DNA of 63,469 nt, filler included, from Acidimicrobiia bacterium (GTDB lineage: Bacteria; Actinomycetota; Acidimicrobiia; Spongiisociales; SHLN01), in assembly GCA_041619515.1 (NCBI GenBank). It is 6 parts of 4 records of this genome, joined end to end, with 100 filler letters (N's around TTAATTAATTAA, not from the genome) between each part and the next. Parts side by side here need not be neighbours in the genome. Positions count along the whole stretch, not along the records: positions 1 to 15,128 come from JBFKDW010000001.1; 5 more parts are not named here. One strand, 5' to 3'. Position numbers and translations under genes: made by a program. The stretch's first letter is position 1. Each line of letters opens with the position of its first letter. Under the pieces are notes generated by a model. The model saw only the letters and a program-made list of their open reading frames with translations. It did not search any database and had not been told where the DNA came from. Below, piece after piece: positions 1 through 9,433 of the stretch.

Positions 1-541
<541 letters not shown>

Positions 542-780
542 AAACCCTCTGTGGCTGCCGCCGGCCGAGGCCGGCAGCACCCACTGGAATCATGTAGAGC
601 GATCCGCAGGGATGCCTGGCCAAACCGGGTATCCCTGCTTTCTCTCAAAGTATTTGACCGATCCGCGCCCTCCGAACAGCGGCTGTCACCTTCTGTTCTC
701 GTGCGCGAACCGTCCTCCGGAACCATCGCCTCGCACCGAAGTGGACGCGATCGAACCAGAGGATTCACTTCTGGCTTTAA

Positions 781-805
781 GCACACTGTTCAGTTGTCAA
801 GGAGC
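781..805 (-). promoter_or_regulatory. rrn leader boxA-like / processing-stem element
   Basis: Minus strand GCTCCTTGACAACTGAACAGTGTGC resembles actinobacterial rrn leader motif (GTTCCTTGAGAACTCAACAGCGTGC type), ~240 nt upstream of 16S. Confidence 0.55.
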
Positions 806-851
806 CCCATCCCCCACGCGTGTAGACCGCGCGCGGGGAGGCAGAAGAGGA

Positions 852-860
852 ACACTAGCA
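852..860 (-). promoter_or_regulatory. Candidate extended -10 promoter of rrn operon
   Basis: Minus strand TGcTAGTGT upstream of the leader; no clear -35. Confidence 0.35.
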
Positions 861-917
861 CAGTGCGGCGGATAAACGATACGGGTTTTGAACGAGTTTT
901 CGCGAGTTTTTCCGGCG

Positions 918-1103
918 TCAGGCAGGGCTCTTGCGACCGATGAGAATCCAGGCTGCGAACAGGATGGCGCCGATGACGACCACGGTGGTCGCCACCGCCA
1001 GCACCACCTTGATCACCCACTTGAGCACCACCCACGCAACGACCAGGACCACGATCGCCAGAATCACCTGCGCTCCGAGGCTGGTCTCGTTCTTGTTTGC
1101 CAT
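918..1103 (-). CDS. Small membrane protein (61 aa, two hydrophobic helices)
   Basis: Strongly hydrophobic ORF; leaderless -10 TAGGGT 6 nt before ATG. Confidence 0.7.
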   Translation of the reverse strand: MANKNETSLGAQVILAIVVLVVAWVVLKWVIKVVLAVATTVVVIGAILFAAWILIGRKSPA

Positions 1104-1193
1104 ACCCGAACCCTATCCCAGCAGCCGGCTTGCGGGGAGCCCGTGGGAACCTGGCCGGCGCCTGCCCCCGTCGAAGGGCTGAAGGAGGTGGAC

Positions 1194-1367
1194 ATGCTCC
1201 AGCACATCAGAGATCTGCTCACGGCACTCGGCGAGGTGGCCGACGAAGTCCAACAGCGGCGCGGGCGGCGCCAGGATTGGCGGACTGAGGACTGGTTCGA
1301 GCGTTTCGACTCCCGCCAATGGGCCCACGTCACCGGCGAGGTGCCCGAGATTCAACCCCAGGCCTAG
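1194..1367 (+). CDS. Small hypothetical protein (57 aa)
   Basis: Strong SD AAGGAGGTG just before ATG 1194; fills the gap between the 918-1103 gene and tyrS. Confidence 0.6.
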   Translation: MLQHIRDLLTALGEVADEVQQRRGRRQDWRTEDWFERFDSRQWAHVTGEVPEIQPQA

Positions 1368-1384
1368 CCGCTTGACCGCTCCGG

Positions 1385-2578
1385 CTACCCGTCGACGAGC
1401 CGCACGAACCGGCGCTTGCCGACCTGGAGGACGTGGCCGACCAGCACTGCTCTCGGGACTTCCTCACCAGCGACCGGATCGCCGTCGATCCGCACTGCCC
1501 CCTGCGCCACCAGGCGCTTCCCCTCGCTCGAGGACCCGACCAGACCGGCATCCTTGAGGGCCCCCGGGAGCCACACCGGGTCGCCGGCGGAAAGGATGAA
1601 GTCGGCAACGTCCTCGGGCACGTCCTTCTTCCGGAACACCCGGTCGAAGGCTGCCTCGGCCAGCGAGGCAGCCTCGTCGTCGTAGTAGAGCCCGACGATT
1701 TCCCGTCCCAGCCTTCGCTTGGCTTCGCCGGGATGTTGTGAGCCGTCGGCCAGGCCGGCCACGATTGCATCGACCTGCGCCGGCGCCAACTCGGTGGCAA
1801 GCCGGAAGTACTCCTCCATAGCGTGGTCGGGGATCGACATGATCTTGCCGAACATGTCGGCGGGCTCGTCGTCGACTCCGATGTAGTTGCCGAGCGACTG
1901 CGACATCTTGTGGACACCGTCGGTTCCCACCAGGAGCGGCACCGTCATCACCATCTGAGGGCGCTTGCCGTAGCGGCTCATGAGTTCCCGTCCGACGAGG
2001 TTGTTCCACAGCTGGTCGGATCCACCGAGTTCGATATCGGCTTCGACGGCGACCGAATCCATGCCCTGCAGGAGCGGGTACATGAACTCCATCATCGAAA
2101 TCGCCTGGTTGGCTTCATATCGCTTCGAGAAATCCTCGCGCTCGAGCATCTGCGCCAGGGTCATCTTCGAGGTGAGCTCGAGCACGTCGGCCATGTCGAG
2201 CTTGGAGAGCCACTCGGAGTTGTACCGCACCTCCAGGACATCGTCGTCCCAGATCAGCACCCGCTTGAACCCGTCGAGGACTTTCTCGGCGTATCCGCGC
2301 ACCTCGGCCTCCGAGAGCCGCTTGCGGGTTTCGCTCTTGCCCGACGGATCTCCCACTTGAGCGGTGAAGTCGCCAACGATGAGCACCGCTGTGTGGCCCT
2401 GCTCCTGGAAGTGGCGGAGTTTGCGGAGCACCACGGCCCAGCCGAGCGTCACGGTGGGGGCGGTCGGGTCCATGCCGAGCTTGACGCGGAGCGGCGTTCC
2501 CTCGGCCAGCCGGTCGCGGAACTCCTCTTCGGGGACGAGCGTGTCGACGCCTCGCACAAGACGATCAATATCGGTCAC
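1385..2578 (-). CDS. tyrS: Tyrosine--tRNA ligase
   Basis: KLGMDPTAP, GDFTAQVGDPSGK, YPLLQGMD, ELGGSDQ, KMSQS, C-terminal S4-like LQVGKRRF. Confidence 0.97.
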   Translation of the reverse strand: MTDIDRLVRGVDTLVPEEEFRDRLAEGTPLRVKLGMDPTAPTVTLGWAVVLRKLRHFQEQGHTAVLIVGDFTAQVGDPSGKSETRKRLSEAEVRGYAEKVLDGFKRVLIWDDDVLEVRYNSEWLSKLDMADVLELTSKMTLAQMLEREDFSKRYEANQAISMMEFMYPLLQGMDSVAVEADIELGGSDQLWNNLVGRELMSRYGKRPQMVMTVPLLVGTDGVHKMSQSLGNYIGVDDEPADMFGKIMSIPDHAMEEYFRLATELAPAQVDAIVAGLADGSQHPGEAKRRLGREIVGLYYDDEAASLAEAAFDRVFRKKDVPEDVADFILSAGDPVWLPGALKDAGLVGSSSEGKRLVAQGAVRIDGDPVAGEEVPRAVLVGHVLQVGKRRFVRLVDG

Positions 2579-2643
2579 CTCGGCAGACTACCGAGTGCAC
2601 TTCGCGCCGATTGGGATTGGATCCTCCCCCTGACGTTCCCGTT

Positions 2644-2773
2644 TTCCTTGGAGTGGCGGTTTCCCGAGAGTCGGAGTGGCAGTTTTCCCTGGAGTCGGTG
2701 GGGCGAGTTCCCTGGAGTAGGTCGGGCGAGTTCCCTGGAGCCGCGGGTTGGCGGAGTGGCAGGTTCCCTGGAG
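2644..2773. repeat. Six spaced copies of TTCCCTGGAG-like 10-mer
   Basis: Copies at 2644, 2661 (both variant), 2685, 2708, 2731, 2764; 17-bp GGGCGAGTTCCCTGGAG exact at 2701 and 2724. Confidence 0.8.
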
Positions 2774-2874
2774 TTGCGAAGCAACTCCCAAGGAACGCCG
2801 AAGGCGTTCCCGAACGCCCGAAGGCGTTCCCGAACGCCCGAAGGCGTTCCCGAACGCCCGAAGGCGTTCCCGAA
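2770..2874. repeat. Array of GAA-loop hairpins including a 20-bp tandem repeat (~3.7 copies)
   Basis: GGAGTTGC-GAA-GCAACTCC (2770-2788), GGAACGCC-GAA-GGCGTTCC (2792-2810), then AAGGCGTTCCCGAACGCCCG at 2801, 2821, 2841 and partial at 2861. Confidence 0.9.
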
Positions 2875-2928
2875 ATCCGCCGTAACCACCGTCCCCTTCG
2901 GTACCGTGGCCGCGAGTAAGGACGGCTG

Positions 2929-5349
2929 ATGATACGCGGGAAACTACGCAGGATTTCCGGGGTGCTGGCGCTCGCACTGGTCGCGGGGGCGTGCAGCCTG
3001 ACGGTCGATCCGCTCGAGGACCCCGGGATCGGCGAGAGCGCGTTGACGACCATCGTGTATGCCGCCGACGGCTCGGTCCTTGCCCACTGGCACGCCGGTG
3101 AGGATCGCACCCTGGTGGTCTACGACGACATCCCCCGCCACCTCATCGACGCGGTCGTCGCCATCGAGGATCAGCGCTTCTGGGACCATGCCGGCGTCGA
3201 CCTCCGCGCCATCGTCCGGGCGGCAGAGGCGAATGGGGAAGCCGGCGAGATCGTTCAAGGGGGAAGCACGATCACTCAGCAGTACCTGAAGAACGTCCTG
3301 CTGACGAACGCGGTCACGCTCGATCGCAAGCTCAAGGAGGCCGCCCTGGCAGTGCGCCTCGAAGAGGGCCTCACCAAGGAGGAGATCCTCGAGCGCTATC
3401 TCAACACCATTTACCTGGGCGACGGCGCCTATGGGGTGGGAACCGCCGCCGTCCACTATTTCGGGAAGACCGTCGATGAGCTGTCGCTGGCGGAGGCGAG
3501 CTTGCTGGCGGCTCTCATTCAGGCGCCCGGCGCCACCAACCCTCGCACGAACGCTCAGGCAGCCATCGACCGGCGAAAGATCGTGCTGGAGAAGATGGTG
3601 GAGCAGGGATACGTCTCGTCGGCCGAGGCCACCGCTGCAAGCCTCGAGGAGATCGAGCTGGCGCCGCCTGCTCGCCGCCTCGCCAGAGCCCGCTACCCCT
3701 ACTTCGTCGAAGAGCTCAAGCAGCAGCTTCTGGACGACCCGCGGCTGGGGGCGACGCCCACCGATCGCTACAACGCCTTGTTCCAGGGTGGGCTTCGCAT
3801 CTTCACGACGCTGGAGCCGGCGATTCAGGAAGCGGCGGAGGAGTCCGTTGCGGCGGTGATGGTGGAGGACGACGGGCCCGAGGCGGCTCTCGTATCGATC
3901 GACCCTCGCAGCGGATACGTCAAGGCCATCGTCGGGGGCAAGGATTTCTACGACACCGACGATCCGATCGGCCAGTTCAACCTGGCAACCCAGGGTCGGC
4001 GCCAACCAGGATCGGCGTTCAAGCCGTTTGTGCTGGCGGCGGCGCTGGAGAACGGTGCCGGGCTGTACGACGTCTACGAGGCAGGGAGAAAGGTCGAGAT
4101 CCAGACCGACTCGCGGATTTGGATGGTCGAGAACTACAACCAGTCGGCGTTTCCCGCGCTCACCGTTCTCGAGGCGACCGTCTATTCGGTCAACGTCGTG
4201 TACGCACGGCTCATGGCCGAGGTAGGTCCGGCCCGGGTCAAGGACCTGGCGGAACGGGCTGGTATCACCTCCGAGCTGCAGCCGTTTCACGCCCTCGCCC
4301 TCGGTGCTCAGGAGGTCACCCCCTTCGAGATGGCGGCGGCATATGGGACCTTTGCGGCCGATGGCCTGCACGTCGAGCCGGCGATGTTCACCGCCATCGA
4401 GACCCACGACGGCCGGCTGGTCATCGAGAACGAGCCGGTCATCACCCAGGCCATCGAACACGAGATCGCCGATCAGGTCACTATCGCGCTCACCGAGACC
4501 GTCAAGCGCGGCACCGCGCGGCGTGCTCGCATCGGCCGTCCGATTGCCGGCAAGACCGGCACCTCCCAGGAGCACCGGGATGCCTGGTTCGTCGGATATA
4601 CCCCCGAGCTCGTCACCTCGGTGTGGGTCGGATTCGCCGAAACCAACGACGTGATGGAGGAGCCGAAGACCCCGATCACCGTGACCGGTGGCACCTGGCC
4701 CGCCGAGATCTGGGCCGTGTTCTCCCTCAACGCGCTCGCCTCTGTTCCCTACTCCCCCCTGGCTGAAGTCAGCGCCGACGGGACGGTGGCGGTAGACGTC
4801 GACCTCTCCACCGGCTACCTGGCAGGACCGCGATGCCCGCACGAGAACGTCCACCGCCTGCAGCTTCCCCCCGGTGACGTCCCCACCGTCATCTGCCCCG
4901 TCCACAACCCCTCCGACATCGTCGGTATTGGCGCCGGCGAAGTCCCGCCGGTTGTCGGTCTCGAGCTGAGCAGGGCGGTCAGCGCCCTCAACCGGGCTGG
5001 CTTCGAGGTCCGGCTCGACTGGGAGGACGGTGGCAGCTTGTCGCAGGGAACGATCTTCGGCCAGAGCCCCGACCCGGGCATCCCCGCCCAGGAAGGGTCG
5101 ATCGTCACCCTCACCTTGGCCGGGCCCGAGCCGGGCGTGGTCATGCCGAGCCTGCTCGGGCTGACCCTCGAGGAAGCACAGGTCGAGCTCGGACTGTACG
5201 GGATCCCCGTGCGGGTGGTCGAGGAGGCCGAGAGCGACGCGGCAGACGCCGCCAGGAGGGCCGGACGAGTGTGGAAACAGTCGCCGGGCGCCGGCGCGGA
5301 GCCGGATGCTAGCGTGACGGTGTGGGTGAACCCCGGCGGAGGATCATAG
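2929..5349 (+). CDS. Class A penicillin-binding protein (transglycosylase + transpeptidase + 2 PASTA domains)
   Basis: EDQRFWDHAGVD, GGSTITQQ, RKLKE (GT51); SAFK, SVN, KTG (transpeptidase); C-terminal VPPVVG/MPSLLG PASTA repeats. Confidence 0.95.
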   Translation: MIRGKLRRISGVLALALVAGACSLTVDPLEDPGIGESALTTIVYAADGSVLAHWHAGEDRTLVVYDDIPRHLIDAVVAIEDQRFWDHAGVDLRAIVRAAEANGEAGEIVQGGSTITQQYLKNVLLTNAVTLDRKLKEAALAVRLEEGLTKEEILERYLNTIYLGDGAYGVGTAAVHYFGKTVDELSLAEASLLAALIQAPGATNPRTNAQAAIDRRKIVLEKMVEQGYVSSAEATAASLEEIELAPPARRLARARYPYFVEELKQQLLDDPRLGATPTDRYNALFQGGLRIFTTLEPAIQEAAEESVAAVMVEDDGPEAALVSIDPRSGYVKAIVGGKDFYDTDDPIGQFNLATQGRRQPGSAFKPFVLAAALENGAGLYDVYEAGRKVEIQTDSRIWMVENYNQSAFPALTVLEATVYSVNVVYARLMAEVGPARVKDLAERAGITSELQPFHALALGAQEVTPFEMAAAYGTFAADGLHVEPAMFTAIETHDGRLVIENEPVITQAIEHEIADQVTIALTETVKRGTARRARIGRPIAGKTGTSQEHRDAWFVGYTPELVTSVWVGFAETNDVMEEPKTPITVTGGTWPAEIWAVFSLNALASVPYSPLAEVSADGTVAVDVDLSTGYLAGPRCPHENVHRLQLPPGDVPTVICPVHNPSDIVGIGAGEVPPVVGLELSRAVSALNRAGFEVRLDWEDGGSLSQGTIFGQSPDPGIPAQEGSIVTLTLAGPEPGVVMPSLLGLTLEEAQVELGLYGIPVRVVEEAESDAADAARRAGRVWKQSPGAGAEPDASVTVWVNPGGGS

Positions 5350-5446
5350 CCACCCTGCGTGACATTTAACTACTCAGGGTGTTGACAGTTTGCCGTTCTT
5401 GGGTTTCCCTGTAGTTGTACGGAGCTAACACAAAACGGAGAACACC

Positions 5447-8110
5447 ATGGTTTCGGAAGCCAAACCGCGCGACCTCTTCCCCAAGGGCGACTTCAAAGTC
5501 GTTCGCAAAGGCTATGAGCCGGCCGAAGTCGACAAGTACGTTGCCCGCCTCCGTAGAGCGGCCACCGACCAGCTGGCACGGGTGGAGGCACTCGAAAAGG
5601 CCCTGGCCGATGCTCGGGAAGCACTCAAGAACGCCAAAGTCGACGTGCGCGACGAGTTGACGGTTCAGATGGAAAAGGAGCTGGCGGAGGCCAAGAAGAA
5701 GGCGGCCGCCCTGGTGGCGCAGGCCGAGACGGAGGCGGTGCCTCTCTCCGAAGCCTCCCGTCAGGCACGGCAAACACTCCTCGACGCTGAGAAGACGGCG
5801 ACCACGCTGCTCGAGAATGCCGAGAAAGCAGCACAGAAGATTCAGGAGGAGGCGGCCAAGCTCCGTGACGCCTCCGCCGAGAAGTACTCGTCGCTCATTT
5901 CTCTCGCCGGCAACAAGCTCGCGGCCGCCGAAGCCAAGTCCGAGAAACTGGCCGGCGCCGAACAGGAGGCGGCCGATCTCCTGGCATCCGCTCGCAGCAA
6001 GGCCGCCGAGCTGCGGTCGGCGGCCCAGGAGGCTCTCAAGGCCGCCGAACAGGAGCGGTCCGATGCGCTGGCCGCATCACAGGAGCTTCAAGACGCCAGC
6101 AAGGTCGAGATCGAGGGCATCCTCGGCAAAGCGCGCCGATTCCTGGAGGAGGCCCGCCGCCGGCAGGAGGCACTGGCGGAAGCCGATGCGCAGGCAGAGA
6201 CGATCCTCACGGAGGCCACCACCGAAGCCAACGCCACCCGTCAGGATGCCGAGGCCGTCCTCGCCGATGCCCGCAAGCAGGCCAAGACGGCACTGGCCGA
6301 GGCAAACGATGCTCTCACGGCGGCGCGGGACTCGGCTCTGGAGACCCGCACCGAGGCGACCCGGGTTCTCGAGGACGCCAAGAAGAAGGCGGCCCAGACC
6401 ACCCATGAAGCGGACCAGGCTGCCGCCAAGGTGCGGGAGGAGGCAACGCAGCTGAGAGCTGCAGCAGACGCCACCAACCAGGCGGCCGACAAGGCCCTCA
6501 CCGAGGCTCAGGAAGCAGCCGCCCGCCTTCAGAAGGACACCCTGGCCCTGCTGTCCTCCGCCCAGTCTGAGGCGGACGAGATCCGAGCCGATGCCGCCAA
6601 GCAGATGGACATTCTCCGCAAGAAGGAGAGTGAGCTCGCTCAGACCGACGCCCGGGCCAAGGAAAAGATCGAGAAGGCTCAGGCCGACAGCAACGAGATC
6701 CGGGCCCGCGCCCAGGCGGCGTTGACCGAAGCCCAGGCTGAGGCGAAGCGGCTGACCGACGAGGCCGGCCAGATCCAGGCCGCGGCCAAGCATGACGCCG
6801 AGCGACGGCACAAGGAGGCCGCCAGCGTCCTGGCAGCCGCGCGCGCCGAGATCGAGAAGGCCAAGTCGCACGAGGCGAAGACGGCCCAGCTGTTGCGCGA
6901 TGCCGAGCAGCAGCGCGCGAGCGCGACAAAAGAAGCGGACGGCCTCATGGCCTCGGTTCGTTCCCAGCAAAAGGAGGCGGCGGAGGCGTTGTCGGCCGCC
7001 AAGGGAGAGCTCGTTCGAGTTCGCGACGAGGCCGCAGCCATGCGCCAGCGGGCGCAGGAAGATCTGGCGAGCGCCGAAGCCGACGCGACGGCCAAGCGCG
7101 AAGAGGCCGCCGAGGTGCTCCGCTCCGCCGAGAGCCGGGCGAACAGTCTTCGGGAGAAGACCAATCAGATCCTGGCTTCCGCGCAAGAAGAGGTGGAGCG
7201 GATGCGCTCATCGGCCCACCAGCTCCACAAGCAGGCCGAGGCCGAGCTGGCGGCGGCCAAGGAAGAGGCCGCCAAGACCTCTGCCGACGCCCATGCCCGC
7301 GGCCGGACGATGCTCGCAGAGGCCAGGGCTCAGCGGTCATCGGCCGAAGAAGTGCTCAGCAAGCTGCAAGAGGCCGAGCGCACCGCCCATGCCGAGGCAA
7401 AGAACATTCGAGCCTCGGCGGCGGCGGCGGCCGAGCACAAGCGAGCCGAGGTCGCGGACTTCATTGCCTCGCTCGAGACCCGCGAGAAGGAGGCCGCCGC
7501 CAAGATGGCGGAGGCCGCCAGGGCCAAGGACGAAGTGCGCGTTCTCAAGGATGCCACCGAAGCCGCCTCCAAGAAGGCTGTCGCCGACAGAGAAGCTGCC
7601 GAGCAGATTCTCACCCAGACACGGGAACAGCAGGCCAAGGCCAAACTGGAGGTCGAGGAGATCCGTACCGAGGCGAACCGGGTGCTGAAGGAATCCCGCA
7701 GCGAAGCAGCCACCCTGCGGGAGCGGGCAACCGCGCTGCTGCAAGAGGCACAGCTCAAGACTGAGCAAGCCACGGCAAAGGCCGACGACATGCGCCGGGA
7801 TGTCACCAAGGAGCTGGCGGCGGCCAAGGAGGATCGCCTGAAAGCCGCCGAGCTCAAGAGCGAGGCCAGCAAGCACATGTCCGAGATCGATTCACTGCGT
7901 GCTGAGTTCAAGAATCGCCTCGAGCAAATCGAAGCCAAGGAGCAGCAGCTGGCCGACGTCGAAGAGCGGGCCGCATCGATTCTGTCGAAGGCCGAAGTAC
8001 AGGCCCGCGAGACCCTCACCGAGGCCGAGACGGTACTGGCAAATGCCATGGCCAGCCAGGTTGCCACCCAGGAGGCTATGGAGCGCATGCGGGCGAAGCT
8101 GAAGAGCTGA
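5447..8110 (+). CDS. DivIVA-domain protein with ~830-aa Ala/Glu/Lys-rich coiled coil (Scy-like)
   Basis: N-terminal FKVVRKGYEPAEVDKYV DivIVA motif; almost Pro-free helical remainder; SD GGAG. Confidence 0.85.
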   Translation: MVSEAKPRDLFPKGDFKVVRKGYEPAEVDKYVARLRRAATDQLARVEALEKALADAREALKNAKVDVRDELTVQMEKELAEAKKKAAALVAQAETEAVPLSEASRQARQTLLDAEKTATTLLENAEKAAQKIQEEAAKLRDASAEKYSSLISLAGNKLAAAEAKSEKLAGAEQEAADLLASARSKAAELRSAAQEALKAAEQERSDALAASQELQDASKVEIEGILGKARRFLEEARRRQEALAEADAQAETILTEATTEANATRQDAEAVLADARKQAKTALAEANDALTAARDSALETRTEATRVLEDAKKKAAQTTHEADQAAAKVREEATQLRAAADATNQAADKALTEAQEAAARLQKDTLALLSSAQSEADEIRADAAKQMDILRKKESELAQTDARAKEKIEKAQADSNEIRARAQAALTEAQAEAKRLTDEAGQIQAAAKHDAERRHKEAASVLAAARAEIEKAKSHEAKTAQLLRDAEQQRASATKEADGLMASVRSQQKEAAEALSAAKGELVRVRDEAAAMRQRAQEDLASAEADATAKREEAAEVLRSAESRANSLREKTNQILASAQEEVERMRSSAHQLHKQAEAELAAAKEEAAKTSADAHARGRTMLAEARAQRSSAEEVLSKLQEAERTAHAEAKNIRASAAAAAEHKRAEVADFIASLETREKEAAAKMAEAARAKDEVRVLKDATEAASKKAVADREAAEQILTQTREQQAKAKLEVEEIRTEANRVLKESRSEAATLRERATALLQEAQLKTEQATAKADDMRRDVTKELAAAKEDRLKAAELKSEASKHMSEIDSLRAEFKNRLEQIEAKEQQLADVEERAASILSKAEVQARETLTEAETVLANAMASQVATQEAMERMRAKLKS

Positions 8111-8222
8111 GCCACCTGCGGTCCCGGCGAGCACCCTAGAGAGATGCTCCAGCAGGGGCTCGGGCGCCACTGCCCGGGGCCGATCACGGTACCCTCGTGC
8201 CGGACAGGCGAGGGAGGTGCCC

Positions 8223-8630
8223 ATGTCGGCTTCGGTCATACCCGCTTTTCGCTACCGGGATGCCAAGGCCGCCATCGATTTCCTGGTGCGGGCGTTCGGC
8301 TTCGAGGCCCGGCTGGTCGTGGAAGGCGAGGGCGAGCTCGTCGAGCACGCCCAGCTTGTACACGGAACCGGCATGGTGATGCTCGGCAGTGTCAGAGACG
8401 ACGAATACGGACGACTCATCGGGGACGCGCCATCCCGGTCGGCGGTCGGCCTGTATGTGGTGGTCGATGACGTGGCCGCCCACGCCGCCCGGGCAAGGGA
8501 AGCTGGAGCCGAGATCGTCATGGAGCCGGCCGACCAGCACTACGGCGGCAGCAACTACACCGCTCGCGACCCGGAGGGCTACATCTGGAGCTTCGGGTCC
8601 TACGACCCGTGGGCCCACGCCGAGCTGTGA
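8223..8630 (+). CDS. VOC/glyoxalase family protein
   Basis: YRDAKAAIDFLVRAFGF, EHAQL, YTARDPEGYIWSFG; SD GGAGGTG. Confidence 0.9.
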   Translation: MSASVIPAFRYRDAKAAIDFLVRAFGFEARLVVEGEGELVEHAQLVHGTGMVMLGSVRDDEYGRLIGDAPSRSAVGLYVVVDDVAAHAARAREAGAEIVMEPADQHYGGSNYTARDPEGYIWSFGSYDPWAHAEL

Positions 8631-8881
8631 TGCCCACACCGTTGTAGACGCTCGGTACGTGCCGAGTGCCCACCACCCGGCTACGGGAGATGCGGAGCGT
8701 GGTGAGGCCGGTCATCGACGGCCGATACGGTGCTTGCGTGGTAGTCGGCCGAGGCGGTCCGGACTGGTTACTGCGTGCTTTTAGCAGGGTCCGGGCCGCG
8801 AGCTCCCCGAGCTGGTTGGACGCCTGCGGGCTTGCCCCGGTAATGAGCTTCCGGTCGACGCGCCCTGGGGAGGCAGTGCGC

Positions 8882-9433
8882 CTAGCCCTCCACCAGTACG
8901 AACCGCCACGGCCAGGCGACGGCCTTGCTGATACCGACCCGCGGACTGGCAATGATCCGGCCGGCCGGCGCCGGCGCGTCGAGGAGCCGAACCGGGCCTG
9001 TGAAGACAGACGTGCCGTCCTCCCGGTTGGTGACGCCCAGCGCTTGCGTCAGCTTGCCGGGGCCGTCGCTGAGATGGTCGTCTCTTCCGCGCCGGCGTGC
9101 CATGATGTCGGTTCCCTCTACGGCCCGGCCCGCCCGCACCAGCACCGCCGACGGATCACCCTCCCCTCCGGTGACGATGTTCATGCACCAGTGGATTCCA
9201 TACGAGCGGTACACGTAGAGCGTTCCCTCCGCCCCAAACATCGAGGCGTTGCGGGGGGTCTGGCCCCGGAAGGCGTGGCTGGCCGGATCGCGGCTCCCTG
9301 CATAGGCCTCCACCTCGGTGATGACGATCTCCGTCGGTCCGGGCGCAAACTCGGTGCGGAGCCGGCGGCCCAGCAGATTGGGAGCGATCTCTTCGACGGG
9401 GCCGTCGAGCAGGCGCCGGACGGCCCGACTCAT
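8882..9433 (-). CDS. mpg: DNA-3-methyladenine glycosylase (MPG family)
   Basis: ITEVEAY, DPASH, YVYRSYGIHWCMN, GPGKL, PRVGISKA, PWRF. Confidence 0.93.
   Translation of the reverse strand: MSRAVRRLLDGPVEEIAPNLLGRRLRTEFAPGPTEIVITEVEAYAGSRDPASHAFRGQTPRNASMFGAEGTLYVYRSYGIHWCMNIVTGGEGDPSAVLVRAGRAVEGTDIMARRRGRDDHLSDGPGKLTQALGVTNREDGTSVFTGPVRLLDAPAPAGRIIASPRVGISKAVAWPWRFVLVEG

Noticed and set aside
2644..2874. CRISPR array
   Set aside because: Repeats are 10-20 bp with absent or short, similar spacers; no cas genes.
2579..2928. T-box riboswitch for tyrS
   Set aside because: No T-box consensus seen; tyrS appears leaderless.
8631..8881. Possible ncRNA or small ORF in convergent intergenic gaps (also 52595-52825)
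   Set aside because: No recognisable motif, SD-led ORF or convincing structure by eye; an Rfam search would be needed.
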